From positions 2,105-66,104 of the forward strand of contig DASVUH010000007.1 of assembly GCA_036387135.1 (NCBI GenBank): a stretch of DNA of 64,000 nucleotides. Reading direction: 5' to 3'. The position numbers and the translations under genes are program-made. The notes beneath the pieces are model-generated. The model saw only the letters and a program-made list of their open reading frames with translations, was not told the origin of the DNA and did no database searches. The stretch comes from Pyrinomonadaceae bacterium (GTDB taxonomy: Bacteria > Acidobacteriota > Blastocatellia > Pyrinomonadales > Pyrinomonadaceae). Of the stretch, positions 37,158 through 47,289 are shown piece by piece. Every line of letters starts with the position of its first letter. The stretch's first letter is position 1.

Positions 37158-37388
37158 TTAATTTTGCTCGATTGTTTCAAGCAGTTCATTGATTTTGTCG
37201 TAATTTAAGTCTTCGCGCTTGCCCATCGAATGCGGGCGGATTTTAAAGGGTTTGCCGGTCTGTTTCGCCTGCAGACCGAGCCTCAGAGTTTCGTTAACGA
37301 TTTCTTTGAATGTCGCGCCGTCTCGCTGCCGCATTTCGCCCTCGAGTTTGGCAACTATGTCGTCATCAATTACTATCGTAGTTTCCAT
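37158..37388 (-). CDS. vapB: VapB-like antitoxin (76 aa), immediately upstream of vapC on the minus strand
   Basis: METTIVIDDDIVAKLE.. small N-terminal DNA-binding-like region with an acidic/helical tail. 5-nt gap to the vapC start. Only the C-terminal 76 codons of the long ORF 37158..37766 look genuine. Confidence 0.55.
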   Translation of the reverse strand: METTIVIDDDIVAKLEGEMRQRDGATFKEIVNETLRLGLQAKQTGKPFKIRPHSMGKREDLNYDKINELLETIEQN

Positions 37389-37427
37389 ACTGAAGATGTT
37401 AATTTCGCTCAGGTTTATTGTCAAAAA

Positions 37428-37474
37428 ATGAAATTCACGGTTCTCGGCAGCGGTTCGACCGGAAATGCGGTTTT
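37428..37474. repeat. 47-bp direct repeat, copy 2: the genuine 5-prime end of the MBL-fold gene. Right boundary of the vapBC insertion.
   Basis: Identical to 36676-36722. Confidence 0.85.
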
Positions 37475-38252
37475 GATTTCTGCCGGAAAAACAAAAGTTC
37501 TGATTGACGCCGGTTTGAGCGCGAAAGAAATTGTGCGCCGCTGCGTTGAAGTCGGCGAAGACGTTGCAAAGCTCGACGCGGTTCTCGTCACGCACGAACA
37601 TTCGGATCATGCGGGCGGTTTGCGGGTTTTGCTCAAAAGTCTGAATTGCCCGGTTTATATGTCGGGCGAAACGCTCGAAGCGTATCTTTTTGAAAAGCGT
37701 CACGTTAAGCCTGACGAAGGTGTTAAACGGACCGACGCGATTAAAGGGAAAGTCGTTGAAATTCAATCAAGCCAGGACTTCCGCATCGGTGAAATCGAGT
37801 TTGAGCCTTTCAGCGTGCCGCACGACGCGGCTGACAATTTCGGTTTCGTCGCCAAATATTGCGGAATCAGATTAGCGGCGGTGACGGATTTCGGGCAGAT
37901 GACGACGTTGATTTCACAAAAACTGCGCGGATGCGACGCGATTATTATTGAATCGAATCACAGCTTGCCGATGCTGCGCGCGTGTCCGATTTATTCGTGG
38001 GATTTAAAACAAAGAATCGCGTCGCGCACCGGGCATCTTTCAAACGAAGATTTAGCCGTCTGGCTTTCCGCTGAGTTTGACGGCGCGGCGCGTCACATCG
38101 TTCTCGCGCATCTCTCGCAAAAAGCGAACGAGCCGCATCTGGCGCGTTTAACCGCCGAACAAGCTATCGCGATGCGCTCGCCGCTTTTCAAAGCCGAAAC
38201 AAAAATCACTCTCACGCATCACAAAGAACCGACCGAGTGGATCGAGTTTTAA
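37428..38252 (+). CDS. MBL-fold metallo-hydrolase
   Basis: HEHSDHAGG metal-binding motif. N-terminus MKFTVLGSGSTGNAVLI typical of this fold. Start chosen at ATG 37428 rather than the upstream ORF start. Confidence 0.8.
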   Translation: MKFTVLGSGSTGNAVLISAGKTKVLIDAGLSAKEIVRRCVEVGEDVAKLDAVLVTHEHSDHAGGLRVLLKSLNCPVYMSGETLEAYLFEKRHVKPDEGVKRTDAIKGKVVEIQSSQDFRIGEIEFEPFSVPHDAADNFGFVAKYCGIRLAAVTDFGQMTTLISQKLRGCDAIIIESNHSLPMLRACPIYSWDLKQRIASRTGHLSNEDLAVWLSAEFDGAARHIVLAHLSQKANEPHLARLTAEQAIAMRSPLFKAETKITLTHHKEPTEWIEF

Positions 38253-38977
38253 AAAACTCTTTGCGGCGTCGGTTTAGTCCCAAGCGCAAAAACTTTAATC
38301 AATAAAAATCCGGCGACAAAACCGCCGATGTGCGCCATATAAGCCACGCCGCCGGCTTCGGCGGATGAAAAATACCCGCGAAAAAGCTGCAATCCGATCC
38401 AAATGCCGAGGGCAATAAACGCCGGAATTTGGATGACAGTGAAAAAAATAATCGCAGTTATGCTGCGGCGCGGAAATAATAAAATATAACCGCCGAGAAC
38501 GCCCGAAATCGCGCCCGAAGCGCCGAGCATCGGAATAATCGAATTCTGGTCGGTGAAAATCTGCGCCAGAGCCGCAAATGTTCCGCAGACGAGATAAAAA
38601 ACCGCAAAACGAATGTGTCCCAAACGGTCTTCGAGATTGTCGCCGAAAATCCATAAATAAAGCATATTGCCGAAAATATGCATTAAACCGCCGTGCATAA
38701 ACATCGAGGTCAGAATCGTTCCCCAAACCGGAATCGGCGTCGGCTGTAAAGGAATCACGGCGCGGTTGCCGAAAGAATCGCGGATTATCTGCGGCGCGGC
38801 AAGATCAACGCCGGTCGTAATCTCACGCGGGACGACCGAAAAAGCGTAGGTAAAAGCGTCGTTATAACCCGCGCCCTGAAACAAAATGTAAACCACGATG
38901 TTTGCCGCAATCAGCAAATAAGTTACATACGGAAATCGCAGCAGGTCACTGTTATCGTCGCCAATCGGAAAAAGCAT
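38249..38977 (-). CDS. Rhomboid family intramembrane serine protease
   Basis: GASGAISGVLG (GxSG catalytic Ser) and HIGGFVAGFLL (catalytic His helix). Multi-TM. Confidence 0.85.
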   Translation of the reverse strand: MLFPIGDDNSDLLRFPYVTYLLIAANIVVYILFQGAGYNDAFTYAFSVVPREITTGVDLAAPQIIRDSFGNRAVIPLQPTPIPVWGTILTSMFMHGGLMHIFGNMLYLWIFGDNLEDRLGHIRFAVFYLVCGTFAALAQIFTDQNSIIPMLGASGAISGVLGGYILLFPRRSITAIIFFTVIQIPAFIALGIWIGLQLFRGYFSSAEAGGVAYMAHIGGFVAGFLLIKVFALGTKPTPQRVF

Positions 38978-38978
38978 C

Positions 38979-39017
38979 GGAATTAATTACGAATTATGAA
39001 TTACGAATTACGAATTC
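38979..39017. repeat. (GAATTAC)n heptanucleotide tandem repeat, ~5 copies, intergenic, immediately upstream of the rhomboid start codon
   Basis: Read directly from the sequence. Confidence 0.85.
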
Positions 39018-39236
39018 GATTGCTTGATAATTCGTTGCCATAATTTCAGTTTCGGCTTTTGATAATGTCGTTTTTCCGACCGTTTTTCAGTACGGTTTCC
39101 GACTATTATTTTTAAAATCCGAATGTTTCGAGCGGTTAGTTTTTGACCGGGCGAGCGGTTTGCTACACTTGAAACACAACGGAAGAGAGGCGAACAAACT
39201 CATAATTTAAAAATCGTTTTCGCCCGCGCACAACTG

Positions 39237-40409
39237 ATGTTTTCGGACAAGCTCAATTTTACAGAACAGCAAAAACTTAGCGGCGAGACGTTTGACGCAA
39301 TCGTCATCGGCGGCGGCGTAATCGGTTTATCCATTGCGCGCGAACTGAAAAAACGCGGCGTTGGGCGCGTTCTGATTCTCGAAAAAAACGCGCATTGCGG
39401 AGCGGAGGCGTCTAATGCAGCAGCCGGAATGCTCGCGCCGCAAGCGGAAGCCGATTCGGCGGATGATTTTTTCAATCTCTGCCGCCAAAGCCGCGATTTG
39501 TATCCGAATTTCGCCGCCGAACTTCTTAACGATACAAGCATTGACGTTCGGCTCGATCAAACCGGAACGCTTTATCTGGCGTTTGGTGAAAAAGATTTGG
39601 AAGAAATCGAGAAGCGCTTTGCCTGGCAGCGAGCGGCAGATTTGCCGGTGGAAAAAATCAGCCGCGAAGCGGTTTTAGAGCTTGAGCCGAACGTTTCGGA
39701 CAAAGTTTTGGGCGCGCTGCGATTTCCGCTTGATTGGCAGGTCGAAAACCGCGATTTGATTCGCGCGTTGGTTGAATCGGTGCAAAAGCAAAATGTTTTG
39801 CTTAGACGCTCAACTAAAGTCGAAAAGATTTTGTTTGAAAACGGCAAAGCCGTCGGCGTTGCCACAAATGCGAGCGAAATAAGAGCGCAAAACGTGATTG
39901 TCGCGGCGGGAGCGTGGACTCGCGCATTTTCGGAGATGCCTTTTGATTCGTCGCTCGAATCGTTTATTAAGCCGATTCGCGGTCAGATGCTCAGTTTCGC
40001 GTGTCAGGAAAAACCTTTGCGCCATGTCGTTTATTCGGCGCGCGGTTACATTGTTCCGCGCGGCGATAATCGAGTTTTAATCGGCGCGACGGTTGAAGAT
40101 GTCGGTTTTGACAAAAGCATAACGGGCGGAGGTTTGCTTTCTTTGCTGCAAACGGCAGAGGAGATTTCTCCTAAACTCGGCAATTCAACGGTTTCCGAAA
40201 TCTGGGCTGGCTTGCGTCCGGCGAGCCGCGACGATTTGCCGATCATCGGCGAGTTTCCCGAAAATTCCAATTTGTATTTCGCAACCGGGCATTATCGCAA
40301 CGGCATCCTACTTGCGCCTTTGACTGCGCGGCTGATTGCAGACAAAATCGTCGAGGGCAAAAATTCTCCGTTTTTACAAATTTTTAATTTATCTCGTTTT
40401 CAAAGCTAA
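39237..40409 (+). CDS. FAD-dependent oxidoreductase, glycine oxidase ThiO / D-amino-acid oxidase family
   Basis: N-terminal dinucleotide-binding DAIVIGGGVIGLSIARELKKRG. ~390 aa with DAO-family architecture. Confidence 0.7.
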   Translation: MFSDKLNFTEQQKLSGETFDAIVIGGGVIGLSIARELKKRGVGRVLILEKNAHCGAEASNAAAGMLAPQAEADSADDFFNLCRQSRDLYPNFAAELLNDTSIDVRLDQTGTLYLAFGEKDLEEIEKRFAWQRAADLPVEKISREAVLELEPNVSDKVLGALRFPLDWQVENRDLIRALVESVQKQNVLLRRSTKVEKILFENGKAVGVATNASEIRAQNVIVAAGAWTRAFSEMPFDSSLESFIKPIRGQMLSFACQEKPLRHVVYSARGYIVPRGDNRVLIGATVEDVGFDKSITGGGLLSLLQTAEEISPKLGNSTVSEIWAGLRPASRDDLPIIGEFPENSNLYFATGHYRNGILLAPLTARLIADKIVEGKNSPFLQIFNLSRFQS

Positions 40410-40413
40410 ATTT

Positions 40414-41865
40414 ATGACTCGATTTTTCTCCGTCATTTTAATTTTGTGCGTTTCGACAATCGCTTTCGCTCAATCGCGGCGCGTTCCGCCGGTGCGGACA
40501 AATCCAGCCGCGACCGCGCCAAGCGCAACTGCGGAAAATCCGGTTTCTCCCGATGCAAATGAAGCCGCAAAAAACGGAGCGGCGCTTTACGAGGACGCGA
40601 ACACTTACGCGAAGCGCAAGTTTGAAGATTACGAGCGGCGCAAACTTCCTTACAACGACGAATTGCGCCAGACGACTCAGCGCGAACAGCGTCAGCTTGC
40701 CGCTAAATACGCAGCGCAGCTTGCGGCGCAAAATCCGGCGGGCGATGATTTGTATTTTCTCGGAATGCTGCAACTCTTGGCGACAAATACCGACGGCGCG
40801 GGCGAAACGATGAAAAAATATCTCGCTTTGCCGGAAAAAGACGGCGAAAAAGCGCAAACCGCGCGCTCGATTGCCGCCGTTACAGCCGCGCGCCGCAAGA
40901 ATTTCGATGACGCCGAAGCGCTCTTAAAAGAATATTTGAAAAACGCGCCCGTCAAAGTCGCGGAGCGCGTTTTGATTGAAAGCGAAATGGCGGAAAACTA
41001 TATCGCCGCCAGACAACAAGAACGCGCCGCGTTTCACGCCGAATCTGCGCTGCTTGCCGCCAAACCCGCGCTTTCCGATCCCGGTTCCAACAAACGGCTC
41101 GTCAAAGACGTTTACGAATTGGCGATGAAGTTGTTTGAAATTCACGCCGCAGCGGGCGCGAAACAAAAAGCCGAAACGGTTTTGGAAAATCTGCGCGAAA
41201 CCGGCGCGCACGTCAATCAGCCGGATTTATACTGGCTGGCAACCGATAAATTAGTTGCGTTTTTGATTGAAACAGGGCGCAAGCCGGAAGCTCTGCAAAA
41301 AGTGAAAACCACAAAGGACGGGCTTGATACGGCGTTTCGAGACCCCGGATCGCGCGCCAAAATTCTCGCTTTTTTAAGAAAACGCGAGCCGCAATACAAA
41401 TTGCTCGGCGAAGCTGCGCCGGAACTGGCGGCAGATAAATGGCTGGGCGAAATCGGCGCCTCGTCGCTCGCCGGTTTGCGCGGCAAAGTCGTGCTTTTGG
41501 ATTTTTGGGCGCATTGGTGCGAGCCTTGCTACGCGGCTTTCCCGAATCTTTCCGAATGGCACAAAACTTATTCCGGTCAAGGCTTTGAAATCGTCGGCGT
41601 CACCCGTTATTACGGCTCGGCTGAAGGTTTCGGCGCGGATGCCGACACGGAATTCGCGTTTTTGCAAAAAATCAAACGCAACCAGCGTTTGCCTTACCCG
41701 TTCGCCATTGCAAAAGGACTCGTTAATCACAACCGTTTTTCGGTCGAAAGCCTGCCGACCGGAATTTTAATTGATAAAAAAGGCGTCGTTCGCTACATCA
41801 GCACCGGCTCAAATCACGCCGGCGAGGAAATGGAAAACTCGATTAAAAAACTGCTCTCCGAGTAG
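40414..41865 (+). CDS. Secreted TlpA/ResA-like thiol:disulfide oxidoreductase (thioredoxin fold, WCEPC active site) with an N-terminal TPR-like helical domain
   Basis: Signal peptide. LLDFWAHWCEPCYAAFP CxxC motif in the C-terminal ~150 aa. Start taken at ATG 40414. Confidence 0.75.
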   Translation: MTRFFSVILILCVSTIAFAQSRRVPPVRTNPAATAPSATAENPVSPDANEAAKNGAALYEDANTYAKRKFEDYERRKLPYNDELRQTTQREQRQLAAKYAAQLAAQNPAGDDLYFLGMLQLLATNTDGAGETMKKYLALPEKDGEKAQTARSIAAVTAARRKNFDDAEALLKEYLKNAPVKVAERVLIESEMAENYIAARQQERAAFHAESALLAAKPALSDPGSNKRLVKDVYELAMKLFEIHAAAGAKQKAETVLENLRETGAHVNQPDLYWLATDKLVAFLIETGRKPEALQKVKTTKDGLDTAFRDPGSRAKILAFLRKREPQYKLLGEAAPELAADKWLGEIGASSLAGLRGKVVLLDFWAHWCEPCYAAFPNLSEWHKTYSGQGFEIVGVTRYYGSAEGFGADADTEFAFLQKIKRNQRLPYPFAIAKGLVNHNRFSVESLPTGILIDKKGVVRYISTGSNHAGEEMENSIKKLLSE

Positions 41866-41955
41866 CGGAGAACTGAGAATGAAGAACGGAAAACCGATAA
41901 GAAAATTCAACTATTATCGGTTCTCCGTTCTCAGTTTTACGTTCTCAGTTTTCTT

Positions 41956-42756
41956 TTATTTTGTCGGTTTAGCGAATTTGGCGTCGTCAATCGTCACGTT
42001 CGATTTGATTTCATCAGTTTTAATGGTAAAACCGCCGGAAGCCGCATCCACACGCATCGTGTACGGCATTAGAACTCCTTCAAATTTTCGATAGTCCGAT
42101 AGAAAGGTCTGCACGGGAGTTTTTCCCTGTGGCGTCACGGCAATTTGGTCAACGCGCACGAGCAAATTCGTTTTCTGATCGAAATAATAAGTTTGCGAAA
42201 CGTCGCCCGCCGTCATCACAACGGCGTAAGCGTCACTACCTTCAATTTTTTCGATGCCTTTGGTTTCGCGTTTCGGAAACAATTCTTTGAGTCGGGCGAA
42301 TCTGTAAAAGTCCGAATCGAGCTTGGTTTGCACCAATTCTTCTGCGGTTTTTTCGCGCGTACCCTGAATCGGATCGGTCGCCCAAGCCTTGCTGCCGTCA
42401 AAAATCTCCGTCATCTGCCCAAAACCCGGAATGTTGATAAAAACCGCCAATTTATTCGGCGCTTTTTGAAAGCTCTCATAAGTTCCTTTGACTCCCGCCG
42501 CCGGAATTTCCATCGTGCCTTTGACGTGATAACTGTTCGCTTTTTTGTAAGCGGCTTCGCCGCCGGTCGCTGCGACGAATTTGTCAATAATTTCGTCGGC
42601 TTTCGGAAGAGCCGCAATTGTCGAAGGCGCTTTAGTTTCGGTTTTCGGTGCAGGCGTTGAAGATTTGGCGGGCGCGGCGGTTTGCTGCGCGCTCGCATTG
42701 ACGGAGGCAAATAAAATCAATGCGAAAACGGCTGTTAAATTTTTAAAGTTTTTCAT
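41956..42756 (-). CDS. Hypothetical secreted protein (possibly LolA-like lipoprotein-sorting fold)
   Basis: Signal peptide with a Pro/Ala/Thr-rich linker. The fold assignment is a guess from size and composition. Confidence 0.4.
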   Translation of the reverse strand: MKNFKNLTAVFALILFASVNASAQQTAAPAKSSTPAPKTETKAPSTIAALPKADEIIDKFVAATGGEAAYKKANSYHVKGTMEIPAAGVKGTYESFQKAPNKLAVFINIPGFGQMTEIFDGSKAWATDPIQGTREKTAEELVQTKLDSDFYRFARLKELFPKRETKGIEKIEGSDAYAVVMTAGDVSQTYYFDQKTNLLVRVDQIAVTPQGKTPVQTFLSDYRKFEGVLMPYTMRVDAASGGFTIKTDEIKSNVTIDDAKFAKPTK

Positions 42757-42786
42757 ATCTGTAATTTCCCTTTTGTTTGTGTGTGG

Positions 42787-44094
42787 TTATTTTAATATCT
42801 CGCGGATGGCGGCATCAATCTGCAAATCGCGTCCGGCGAGCAGACTTTCGCGCGTTAGTCGCACTTCGACATCCGGTTTGACTCCGCGACCTTCGATCAG
42901 TACATCGCCGGGCGATTTGTAATCGGAAATCGCGTATTGAAAAATCGCGCCGGTCGGCAGACGGTCAAAAAGCGACGCCAAAACCGCGCCCATCGTGGTT
43001 TCGCCGACAGTTTTCGCGCGCTTTGTCGCCTGCAAACCGGCGGCGAAAATCTCGCTCGTCGAAGCGCTTCCGCCGTCGGTTAAAACGACGACTTTGCCTT
43101 TATACGAATCGGCTTGCGGATACGCGATAAATTTTTGTTCCGCCGCGCGAAATTTGAGCGAGCCGAGCGAGGTTTGTTCGGTGACCAGATTTCCGGTGAT
43201 TCCGGCGGCTAACGCTCCGAGTCCGCCAACGTTTCCGCGCACGTCGAAAACGATTCCGGGCGCGTCTTTCATCTCGCTAATCGCCGCCCTGATTTTAGCG
43301 AGCTGCGGCATCACCCAAATGTTAAAACGAATGTAGCCGATGCCGTTTTCCAGTCGGCGCGTTTCAAATTCGACCGGCTGCGGCGGAAAGTTTCCGAGCG
43401 GCAGCGAATATTCAACCTTTTCCCGCGCGCGCTGAAGCGTTAGCGTTTGGCGTCCGTCTTTTTCGTTTAAAACCTCGATTTTTACTGTTGAACCGGACGC
43501 GCCGTCAAGAAAACGTTCCAAAACTCGCTCGCGCGTAAACTGTTTTTGACCTTCCGTTCCATGTCGTTTTTCGAGAGCGGCGTTAATTGGCGTGAGGATT
43601 TCTTCCACAGTTTTGTCGCCGATTTTGAGAATCTCAAACCCCGGTTTGATGCCGTTTTTGGCGGCGGGCAAATCCGCGCGGACACGAAATACAACTGCTT
43701 TGCCGTCAATTCTTCTCAACTCAATGCCGACGCTTCCATTTCCGCCGTTTTCTTTATTTTCGGTTTCAATTTGCGCTTCGGGCGGGACAACATTGAAATG
43801 CGATTGACCAAGCTCGGCGAGCATCGTTTGCAAAACGCGATAAAACTCGGCATCCGATTTGGTGGCGAGCGCTTTCGGCTCGTAAATCTCGCGCATTTTT
43901 TTCCAATCAACGCCGCCGAAAGTCGGATCGAAATGTTTTTCGTTGACGGTAGTCCAAACTTTTTCAAACGATTCACGCCGCAGCAGAGCATTTTTGTCGG
44001 CGACGGACGGCACAGCTTGCGAAACGGTTTGCGCAACGGCAATCGCACCGCTGAAATTTAAAAGCAAAATCAGTAGAAACAATTTTTTGAGCAT
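42787..44094 (-). CDS. S41 family peptidase, secreted
   Basis: VVLTDGGSASTSEIFAAGLQ S41 motif. Signal peptide MLKKLFLLILLLNFSGAIAVAQ (start chosen at the internal ATG 44094). Confidence 0.8.
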   Translation of the reverse strand: MLKKLFLLILLLNFSGAIAVAQTVSQAVPSVADKNALLRRESFEKVWTTVNEKHFDPTFGGVDWKKMREIYEPKALATKSDAEFYRVLQTMLAELGQSHFNVVPPEAQIETENKENGGNGSVGIELRRIDGKAVVFRVRADLPAAKNGIKPGFEILKIGDKTVEEILTPINAALEKRHGTEGQKQFTRERVLERFLDGASGSTVKIEVLNEKDGRQTLTLQRAREKVEYSLPLGNFPPQPVEFETRRLENGIGYIRFNIWVMPQLAKIRAAISEMKDAPGIVFDVRGNVGGLGALAAGITGNLVTEQTSLGSLKFRAAEQKFIAYPQADSYKGKVVVLTDGGSASTSEIFAAGLQATKRAKTVGETTMGAVLASLFDRLPTGAIFQYAISDYKSPGDVLIEGRGVKPDVEVRLTRESLLAGRDLQIDAAIREILK

Positions 44095-44235
44095 CACAAT
44101 TGTTTTGATGCTTATTATGAAAGATAGATTCGAGACTATAAAATGATTTTGGGTGCGTTGCCGCTTTCGAGCCACAAAAGTTAAAATCACGCACGGCAGG
44201 AATTTTACACAAAAAACGATTTAAAGGTTTCAAGA

Positions 44236-45606
44236 ATGAAGTATTACGAAAATGTTTTGGGTATTATCGGCAATACGCCGCTCGTCAAAATCACAAAGCT
44301 CACCGAGCAATACGGAATCAAAGCTCAGATTTTCGCCAAAATGGAATCGCTCAATCCCGGTTATTCGGTCAAGGACCGAATCGGCGTGGCGATGATCGAA
44401 GCGGCGGAAAAAGACGGTTCGCTCAAATCTCGCGGGACTGTGATTGAAGCCACGTCCGGCAATACGGGAATCGGTTTGGCTGTCGCGGCGGCGGTCAAAG
44501 GCTATAAATGTATTTTTATTATGACCGAAAAGGTTTCGACCGAAAAAGTAAAATATCTCAAAGCGCTCGGCGCGGATGTCGTAATTTGTCCCGTCACGGC
44601 GAAAAAAGGCTCGCCGGATCATTACCTGACCGTCGCCCGCCGCATCGCCGACGAAACGCCGAACTCGTTTTACCCGGATCAATTCAACAACATTCCGAAC
44701 CGCGAAGCGCATTACAAAACCACCGGACCGGAAATCTGGCGCGACACGGACGGAAAAATCACGCATTTCGTCGCTTCGGTCGGAACGGGCGGCACGATTT
44801 CGGGCGCGGGGCGTTTTTTGAAAGAACAAAATCCGAAAATCCGCATCGTCCAAGCCGATCCGGTCGGCTCGATTTTAAAAGCGGTCAAAGAAACCGGCAA
44901 TATGCCCGAAGGCTCGCCGTTTCTTGTCGAAGGCATCGGGCAATCGGATATGCTTCCGACAACTTACGAACCGCGCGTGGTTGACGAAGTTCACAGCATC
45001 ACAGACCGCGACTCGTTCGAGATGGCGCGGCAATTAACCAGAGTTGAAGGCATTTTCTGCGGCGGCTCGACCGGGACGAATTTTGCCGCCGCGCTGCGCA
45101 TCGCGAAGGATTTGGACGAAAACAGTTTGATCGTTTTTATCGTCTGCGATACGGGCGAACATTATTTGACGAAACATCATTCGGATGAATGGCTCAAAGA
45201 AAAACAGCTTCTCGAACCTCAGCGTTTGACCGCCGGGCTTTTGACCGAAACGAAAAATGGGAGCAGACCGCGCAAACTGGTTTTCGTTGCGCCGGCTCAA
45301 ACCGTTGCCGAAGCTCTCAAAGTTATGGACGAGAACGGTATCACGCAGCTTCCGGTTTTAGACGAAGGAAAATCGGTCGGCTCAATTCGCGAATCGAGAG
45401 TTTTGGCGAAGCTGCTCGAAAACCGCGAGCTGATGAACGCCGCTGTCGGCGAAGTGATGGAAAAAGGCTTTCCGGTCGTTGACGAATCAATCAGCTTAAA
45501 CGAAGTCTCGCAAAAACTAATGAAATCGCCCGCCGTTCTGGTTGAGGAATACAAACGAATTATCGGAATTATCACGCGAACCGATGTTTTGGACGTGCCG
45601 CGCTGA
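44236..45606 (+). CDS. Cystathionine beta-synthase (PLP-dependent, with tandem C-terminal CBS domains)
   Basis: PLP-lysine motif NPGYSVKDR and glycine loop GTGGTISG. C-terminal ~120 aa has CBS-pair character. Confidence 0.85.
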   Translation: MKYYENVLGIIGNTPLVKITKLTEQYGIKAQIFAKMESLNPGYSVKDRIGVAMIEAAEKDGSLKSRGTVIEATSGNTGIGLAVAAAVKGYKCIFIMTEKVSTEKVKYLKALGADVVICPVTAKKGSPDHYLTVARRIADETPNSFYPDQFNNIPNREAHYKTTGPEIWRDTDGKITHFVASVGTGGTISGAGRFLKEQNPKIRIVQADPVGSILKAVKETGNMPEGSPFLVEGIGQSDMLPTTYEPRVVDEVHSITDRDSFEMARQLTRVEGIFCGGSTGTNFAAALRIAKDLDENSLIVFIVCDTGEHYLTKHHSDEWLKEKQLLEPQRLTAGLLTETKNGSRPRKLVFVAPAQTVAEALKVMDENGITQLPVLDEGKSVGSIRESRVLAKLLENRELMNAAVGEVMEKGFPVVDESISLNEVSQKLMKSPAVLVEEYKRIIGIITRTDVLDVPR

Positions 45607-45678
45607 AGTTTAGCTGAGAATTTTGGCGACTATCTGTACAGACTTTAGAACAGAAATTGCCAATCTTCAGCTATTGAT

Positions 45679-47172
45679 TTAGCGACGATTCGGAGGCGGC
45701 GATTTCGCTTCTTCAACTGTGAGGAAATGCGGGCGCTCGAACGAAACTGTGCGTCCTTTGACATCCTGCCCTTTGAAAAAATCTACGACGACTGTTTGCA
45801 CCTCCGAACCGGGCAATGTTTCGTGTCCGCCGTTTTCAACGATTAAATGTGTGCTGTTCGGAAATCCCCAGCGCACTTCTTCAGCCTGAAAAGGCGGCGT
45901 GTTGGTATCGAGCGCACCGCTTATAAACAGAGCCGGAAGCGTACTCCAAAGACGGGATTGCGATGCAGACCCGCTTTCCGATACGCCAATCGCCTTACAA
46001 TTTTCCGCCGTCCATTGCAGATTTACGTTGCTGAATAACGCCTGGCGCGTTTCTTTTTGTGCTTGTGCGAGTCGTTCAGCCGACCAACCGACCGAGCAAT
46101 CCACAGCGTTCGCCATCGGCGACCTTCCTTGAAAGCCGTTATATAACGCCTCTATCCGGCGCGTAAAGAGAGAATAATCGCCCTGGTCTATGGTGTGAAA
46201 CAACGCCGGAAGCCATGCGTAGTTTCTTGCATCGGTCATGCTGTTACGCACCAGCCATTGCAATCCGATTTTACCGACACGAATTTGCGCCGGACTCCTG
46301 GTTTGCGCGTCGTTGACGGTTAGTGTTACGGGATTTCGCTCCAGCTTATCCAGCAAGCGCCGGTAAAGACTTTCCATATCCGGCACTAGTTTACTCATGG
46401 CAGAGTCCTCTGCGGCAAAATATGAAAGTTTTTTTATGATTAAATCCCAAACGCTCGGCAGCGCGATTAGATTGTCGGCGGCGTCCGTCGCGGCGAAAAC
46501 AACGCGGTCGAGATTTTTGCCGTGCCTCCTGACAGCCGCCTGTGCCAGCACGGTTCCGTAAGAATGCCCGATGAGACTAATTCGTTCAGCGCCGAGCGCC
46601 TGCCGCAAATCGTCCAGATCGTCCGCGCTGGCGTCGTTAGTATAAGCTGATATTTCAACTCCCTGTTTGCGCCAGTGTTCCGCGCAAATGCGCGAATTAT
46701 CGGTGAAGGCTCGCTGCCATTTTTCCGCACTCTCAAAAACATCCGGCGCAACGGGCGTTGCCGGACAATCCAGACTAGGCGTTGACATTCCCAAGCCGCG
46801 CTGGTCGAGAAGAATCACGTCCGCGACTTCGCGCAATTTATCAAACAAGCTGAAATAAACGGGAACTCGTCCCATTCCGATTCCGGGAGCGCCCGGACCG
46901 CCTGCCAGAAAAACAATCGGCGAGCCGGGTTTTGCCACTGTGCTTTTAAGCCGCACAAATGCGAGCTGAATCAAACGCTTTGATTGATTATTGCGATTTT
47001 CGCGTACCCACAGCTTGCCAAGCTCTGCTGAAATCTCTTTTCCGGCGTAAGTTTTGAAGGCGTAAGATTCGATAACGAGCTTACCGGCGCGCTCTTCTTC
47101 CTGCTGTCCCTGGATAGCTGCGCTGGCGGCAACGCACAATAAGCAAACTACGAATAACTTAAATCGGCTCAT
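45679..47172 (-). CDS. Secreted alpha/beta hydrolase, S33 family (tripeptidyl/prolyl aminopeptidase-like)
   Basis: Signal peptide. Nucleophile elbow ISLIGHSYGTVLA. ~500 aa. Confidence 0.7.
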   Translation of the reverse strand: MSRFKLFVVCLLCVAASAAIQGQQEEERAGKLVIESYAFKTYAGKEISAELGKLWVRENRNNQSKRLIQLAFVRLKSTVAKPGSPIVFLAGGPGAPGIGMGRVPVYFSLFDKLREVADVILLDQRGLGMSTPSLDCPATPVAPDVFESAEKWQRAFTDNSRICAEHWRKQGVEISAYTNDASADDLDDLRQALGAERISLIGHSYGTVLAQAAVRRHGKNLDRVVFAATDAADNLIALPSVWDLIIKKLSYFAAEDSAMSKLVPDMESLYRRLLDKLERNPVTLTVNDAQTRSPAQIRVGKIGLQWLVRNSMTDARNYAWLPALFHTIDQGDYSLFTRRIEALYNGFQGRSPMANAVDCSVGWSAERLAQAQKETRQALFSNVNLQWTAENCKAIGVSESGSASQSRLWSTLPALFISGALDTNTPPFQAEEVRWGFPNSTHLIVENGGHETLPGSEVQTVVVDFFKGQDVKGRTVSFERPHFLTVEEAKSPPPNRR

Positions 47173-47289
47173 AACTTAATTTCCTTTTCATTTTCTATGC
47201 AGAGTTTTGGTGGCAACTGCTGTTATAGACGTTGAAGAAAGAAAATTGTTAACGAGCTTAAATCTTAAGCTAATTCACTTATTTATTTT

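Noticed and set aside
7449-39017. CRISPR array or other spacer-repeat structure built from the short tandem repeats
   Set aside because: The units are 7-8 nt and directly abutting with no unique spacers, and most lie inside protein-coding frames. No cas genes are present.
39011-39236. TPP (thiamine pyrophosphate) riboswitch upstream of the thiO-like oxidase gene
   Set aside because: No CUGAGA box or conserved TPP aptamer elements are visible in the 226-nt leader. The gene may be a general glycine or D-amino-acid oxidase instead.
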